Below are positions 7,521 to 10,554 of a stretch of DNA of 10,554 nucleotides, one piece after another. Where the stretch lies: NCBI GenBank assembly GCA_044226625.1, contig JBGAGQ010000116.1:1-10554 (forward strand), given 5' to 3'. The notes beneath the pieces are model-generated. The model searched no databases. It was not told the DNA's origin and saw only the letters and a program-made list of their open reading frames with translations. This stretch comes from Thermoanaerobaculia bacterium. GTDB lineage: Bacteria; Acidobacteriota; Thermoanaerobaculia; Multivoradales; UBA5704. Every line of letters starts with the position of its first letter. Within the stretch, counting starts at the first letter, position 1. The translations under genes and the position numbers were made by a program.

Positions 7521-7660
7521 GAGACCCTCCTTCCTCGATGACCGGCTTCGTTTCGGAGCCGGTTGAAATGGCTTCTTGATGGCGACTGAGGACGGCAAGT
7601 GGGCCGAAGTGAGGCGTCCTTCTTCGGTCGGCCCGGCCGCCTAGTTTTGGAATCCGGTAT

Positions 7661-8341
7661 CTATTGGAGCCGTGGTTCGCGTCGAGCCCAGAGCGTGCCG
7701 GCGATCGCCCCGACCAGCGACATCGCGGTGGTGGCACCCGGGTGCCAGACTGCGAGATGGACGAGATCGGAACGTGGGCAGGCGAGGTGCCAAACGACGT
7801 CGGCGAGCAAGCCGGCCCCAGCGCCCGCGAGCGCCCCGGCCCAGAACGGGCGTAGAGGAAAGGCCCGGCGGGCAAGCCAAAGAGCGACCGCCAAGTGGGG
7901 TAGCGCGATCGCTGTTTCCATCAGCGCGCATTGCGCCCCAACCGCGGCGCCGTCGGGCGGCGCGATGCCCGCGCCGGACCCCTGCCAGATCACCACGCCG
8001 CGAGCGATCTCCAGCACCAGCGCCAAGCCGAGCGTGAGGGCCGCCTTACCCGCGCCGATCCCCAGGCCCGGTACGGCTTCGCGCATCGCGAGCCAGACGA
8101 GGAGCAGGCCGACCAGCCACTGGAAAGCGGCGCAGCCGAGCTTCGGCAGCGAAAGAGGCGCTTGGTCGCCGGAGAGCGCGGCGATCCATTGAGCCGCCAG
8201 AGGGACGGCGAGAGCCGGGAGGGCCAGCGCCAATGCGCGTCGCCAAGGGGGGGCGAGGGAAGGCCTCGAGGCGAAATCTCCGCGAATCGCGAGCCGCAGC
8301 CCAGCGGGAACCGGTTCGAGGTCGAGCGCACGGCGCTTCAT
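7661..8341 (-). CDS. NrsF/DUF1109-like membrane anti-sigma factor, 226 aa
   Basis: ATGA-coupled to the ECF sigma gene. N-terminal 'DLEPV' and 'RPSLAPPWRR' segments, about 6 hydrophobic helices, and the motifs 'REAVPG', 'AQCALME', 'ARRAFPLRP..AGALAG' and 'HLACP...HLAVWH' resemble NrsF-family proteins with two conserved Cys. Confidence 0.78.
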   Translation of the reverse strand: MKRRALDLEPVPAGLRLAIRGDFASRPSLAPPWRRALALALPALAVPLAAQWIAALSGDQAPLSLPKLGCAAFQWLVGLLLVWLAMREAVPGLGIGAGKAALTLGLALVLEIARGVVIWQGSGAGIAPPDGAAVGAQCALMETAIALPHLAVALWLARRAFPLRPFWAGALAGAGAGLLADVVWHLACPRSDLVHLAVWHPGATTAMSLVGAIAGTLWARREPRLQ

Positions 8342-8940
8342 CGGATTCCATCCTCTACGAGTCGCTCCCGCAGGGCGCCGATCGCCCGGTGCACACGAAC
8401 CTTCGCCGCGGTCTCCGAAATTCCGAGAACGATGGACGCTTCGCGGATCGATAGCCCCTCGGCGTGTCGCAGCCAGAGAATCTCACGCCCCTTTGCGCTG
8501 ATCTCGCACAACGCGCGGGCGAGCGCGATTCGGTCGAGCGTTCCGGCCAATCGGGCGAGCGCCGGATCGTCGAGTAGCTCGTCGGTCGGATGCACCTCGT
8601 GGCTCGCTAGGCGAAGTTGACTGCGCTGGGCCATCAGGCCGACGTGGCGGGCAATTGCGAAGAGCCACGGCCGAACCGGCTCGCCAGAGAGGTAGCTCTG
8701 GCGTGACCGGTGGAGTTGCAGAAACGTGTTCTGCACCGAATCCTCCACGTCCACCCCCGGGGGAACGAGGGTTCGCAGATAGCCGCGAACGGAGCGTGCC
8801 AACCGACCGTAGAGCTCGTTGAACGCGGATTCGTCTCCCGCCAGGTAAGAGCTCATCAGGGCCGGCAGGTCCTCGGGCAGATCGTCGGACGCGCCTTCTG
8901 AGGGGTCGGAAGGCGACACTTCGTGCCGCTCGACTTTCAT
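8338..8940 (-). CDS. ECF-type RNA polymerase sigma-70 factor (SigF/ECF16-like by its partner), 200 aa
   Basis: Region 2 motifs 'GDESAFNELY', 'VEDSVQNTFLQLH' and 'VRPWLFAIARH', and region 4 'EGLSIREASIVLGISETAAKVRVHRA'. SD GGAG lies 5 nt before ATG 8940. Confidence 0.93.
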   Translation of the reverse strand: MKVERHEVSPSDPSEGASDDLPEDLPALMSSYLAGDESAFNELYGRLARSVRGYLRTLVPPGVDVEDSVQNTFLQLHRSRQSYLSGEPVRPWLFAIARHVGLMAQRSQLRLASHEVHPTDELLDDPALARLAGTLDRIALARALCEISAKGREILWLRHAEGLSIREASIVLGISETAAKVRVHRAIGALRERLVEDGIR

Positions 8941-8941
8941 A

Positions 8942-8967
8942 TTTGCTCCAGGTTCCGAAAAGGTTAC
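8942..8967 (-). promoter_or_regulatory. Possible ECF (SigF-type) autoregulatory promoter, GTAACC-N16-CAAA
   Basis: Minus strand GTAACC (8967-8962), 16 nt, CAAA (8945-8942). One mismatch from the Caulobacter SigF consensus as I recall it (GTAACC-N16-CGAA). The -10 abuts ATG 8940, which would require a downstream start codon. Confidence 0.4.
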
Positions 8968-9042
8968 CTGGCAAAAGAATACTCGATCAGCGAAGTGTCG
9001 CCCGGGTGCGGGCGTGCTGAGGTATTTGTAGCCGGTTTCCCG

Positions 9043-10554
9043 TCATTCGGCTCCAGCCGGCGGCGCGAGCGTCAGCCGGTGAACCGCCTTACCCGGCAGA
9101 AACGGCGTCGGCTCGCCTTTTTCCCATGCCTCGTGGCCGGCCAGGTAATAGGGGGAAAGTGGATGCCCGCTCTCTCCGATCGGCATCTCGAAGATGCCTT
9201 TCTCCTCGGCCCCGGGCGAGACCGCGAGCCGCTCCGACGCGCCGAAGAATGGGGTCTGGACGCGGGGCATGTTCTGATCGCCCGGCAGGGGGCGGCTCGG
9301 CGCGTTCAGGTAGCGGCCGAGTGCCGGGACCGCCTGCGCGATCGGATGCCGGAACCGCGAGGTGTTGCGCCGGCCCCAGGTCCGTTCGGAGAGCTTCGGC
9401 CCGAGCTGCCGGGTATCCTCGGCAAACTTGTCGACGGCCGCGAGCAGCAGGTCGTCCCAGCTCCGGAAGCGTGGGTCGAGAAGGTGGGCCGGCCGCTTCG
9501 AGACCATCTCCCAGAGGGGACCTTCGAGCTGGCCGAACGCGTACGGATCGAAATTCGGATCGGCCGCCTTGCAGCGCGCGAACAGGCCCGAATAGACCCG
9601 CTCGAAGACGTTCCCTCGGAAATTGCGGACCGCGAGATAGGCCACCGAATCGATCGACGCCTTGCCCGTCCAGGTGGTCTCGAGCAGGCGTCGGATCTCG
9701 GCCCGTTCCGGGTGGCCGGACAGCGCCTGGGGCGAGAGCGTCGCGAGCTCCAACGTGCGCCAGCGGTCGAGGAAAAGCGCGCGGTCGTCGAGCTGGATCG
9801 CGAGGAAGTCCTTGGGGGTCGCCTTCTCGAGCTTCGCGAGACCGTCTCGGATCTGGCGCGCCCGGGCGCCGAGGTCGTGGCCGCCGTTACCCAGTTTCGC
9901 GAGCGACTCGCCGCCGACCGTCCGGTTGTTGGCCGTCCAGATCCTGCCGGCCGGCGGGTCGAAGATCGCCGGCACCTCCTCGTCGGAGAGCCAGCCGTTC
10001 CAGCCGCGCGTGCCGTCGCCCCACGAGGTGGGCGTTTGACCGTCCCAGCCGAACCGGCGTGGCACGGCGCCGACGACCGTCCAGCCGGCATGGCCGTCGG
10101 CGTCGACCACGGTGAAGTTCTGAGGCGGGATGCCCGCCTTGTGCGCGATGCGGATCGCCTCGGCGACGCTCGTCGCCCCTTCGAGGGCGAGGCTTTCCAG
10201 ATTGAGCGCTTCCGGATGATGGGCGGTCCACGCAAGCACCCGCGGACGCTTCGTGTGATCGCTGTCGAGCACGGGGCCCCAGATCGTCTCGAGCACCGTG
10301 AGCTGGACGGGAGGGCGGCCCTTGACCCGGATCGTCTCCTCGAAGTGCTCGAACGGTTTGGGACCGGAAGGGGTGCCGTAGACCTTCGGATTCTTCGCGT
10401 CGAAATCGAGCTCAACCAGATCGGTCCAATCGCCATAGCTGTTGGTGAAACCCCACGCGACGTGGCCGTTCGAGCCGACCGCGACCATCGGCGTACCGGG
10501 CAGAGTGACCCCTGTCGTCTTTCGCCCGGCGCCGGAGGCATCGTTCCAGATCAG
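9043..10554 (-). CDS. Penicillin acylase family protein (Ntn hydrolase, peptidase S45), 3' part (beta-subunit region)
   Basis: Frame is open to the right edge (LIWNDASGAGRKTTGVTLPGTPMVAVGSNGHVAWGFTN...). Motifs 'G.TLPG.P', 'G.NGH.AWG.TN', 'T.WGPV', 'PPQNF...D..GH', 'DPP.G.I.TANN', 'GARARQI' and 'G.SGHP.SPYY'. The catalytic N-terminal Ser lies outside the window. Confidence 0.93.
   Translation of the reverse strand: MIWNDASGAGRKTTGVTLPGTPMVAVGSNGHVAWGFTNSYGDWTDLVELDFDAKNPKVYGTPSGPKPFEHFEETIRVKGRPPVQLTVLETIWGPVLDSDHTKRPRVLAWTAHHPEALNLESLALEGATSVAEAIRIAHKAGIPPQNFTVVDADGHAGWTVVGAVPRRFGWDGQTPTSWGDGTRGWNGWLSDEEVPAIFDPPAGRIWTANNRTVGGESLAKLGNGGHDLGARARQIRDGLAKLEKATPKDFLAIQLDDRALFLDRWRTLELATLSPQALSGHPERAEIRRLLETTWTGKASIDSVAYLAVRNFRGNVFERVYSGLFARCKAADPNFDPYAFGQLEGPLWEMVSKRPAHLLDPRFRSWDDLLLAAVDKFAEDTRQLGPKLSERTWGRRNTSRFRHPIAQAVPALGRYLNAPSRPLPGDQNMPRVQTPFFGASERLAVSPGAEEKGIFEMPIGESGHPLSPYYLAGHEAWEKGEPTPFLPGKAVHRLTLAPPAGAE

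Noticed and set aside
8941-9045. The acylase TGA stop is in frame with the sigma ATG across 34 stop-free codons (possible third read-through)
   Set aside because: No CGUG-loop hairpin follows this TGA. The acylase ends at its normal C-terminus, the sigma has its own SD, and an acylase-sigma fusion is implausible. Likely chance in GC-rich DNA.
9126-10541. Long alternative ORFs (9126..10115 +, 9306..10541 -)
   Set aside because: Arg/Pro/Ser-rich off-frame or antisense shadows of the penicillin acylase gene.

Overview
GC-rich, gene-dense bacterial window. The GWxTD-type gene and the envelope-protein content suggest Acidobacteriota, which is an inference only. From right to left on the minus strand: the 3' part of a penicillin acylase-family (Ntn hydrolase) gene, an ECF sigma factor with an NrsF/DUF1109-like anti-sigma, and an apparent operon of a large secreted multicopper oxidase (MCO), an SCO family copper chaperone and a secreted hypothetical protein. 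That operon converges on a plus-strand Asp-box/BNR-repeat + TlpA thioredoxin fusion. The fusion is divergent from a secreted transglutaminase-like gene and a GWxTD-type gene that runs off the left edge. Main result: the ORF track splits both the MCO and the SCO gene in two, but each is one reading frame interrupted by a single in-frame TGA (6491-6489 and 4411-4409). Each TGA is followed by CCG and a stem-loop with a 6-bp upper stem and a CGUG(A/C) loop 18-20 nt downstream, as expected for bacterial SECIS elements. In SCO the TGA sits exactly at the second Cys of the Cu-binding CxxxC motif (CKGR-U-P). In the MCO it joins a signal-peptide-bearing unknown domain to a complete oxidase. This points to an operon of two exported selenoproteins involved in copper redox chemistry. 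No Sec machinery genes (selA/B/C/D) are in the window, so recoding is inferred, not proven.
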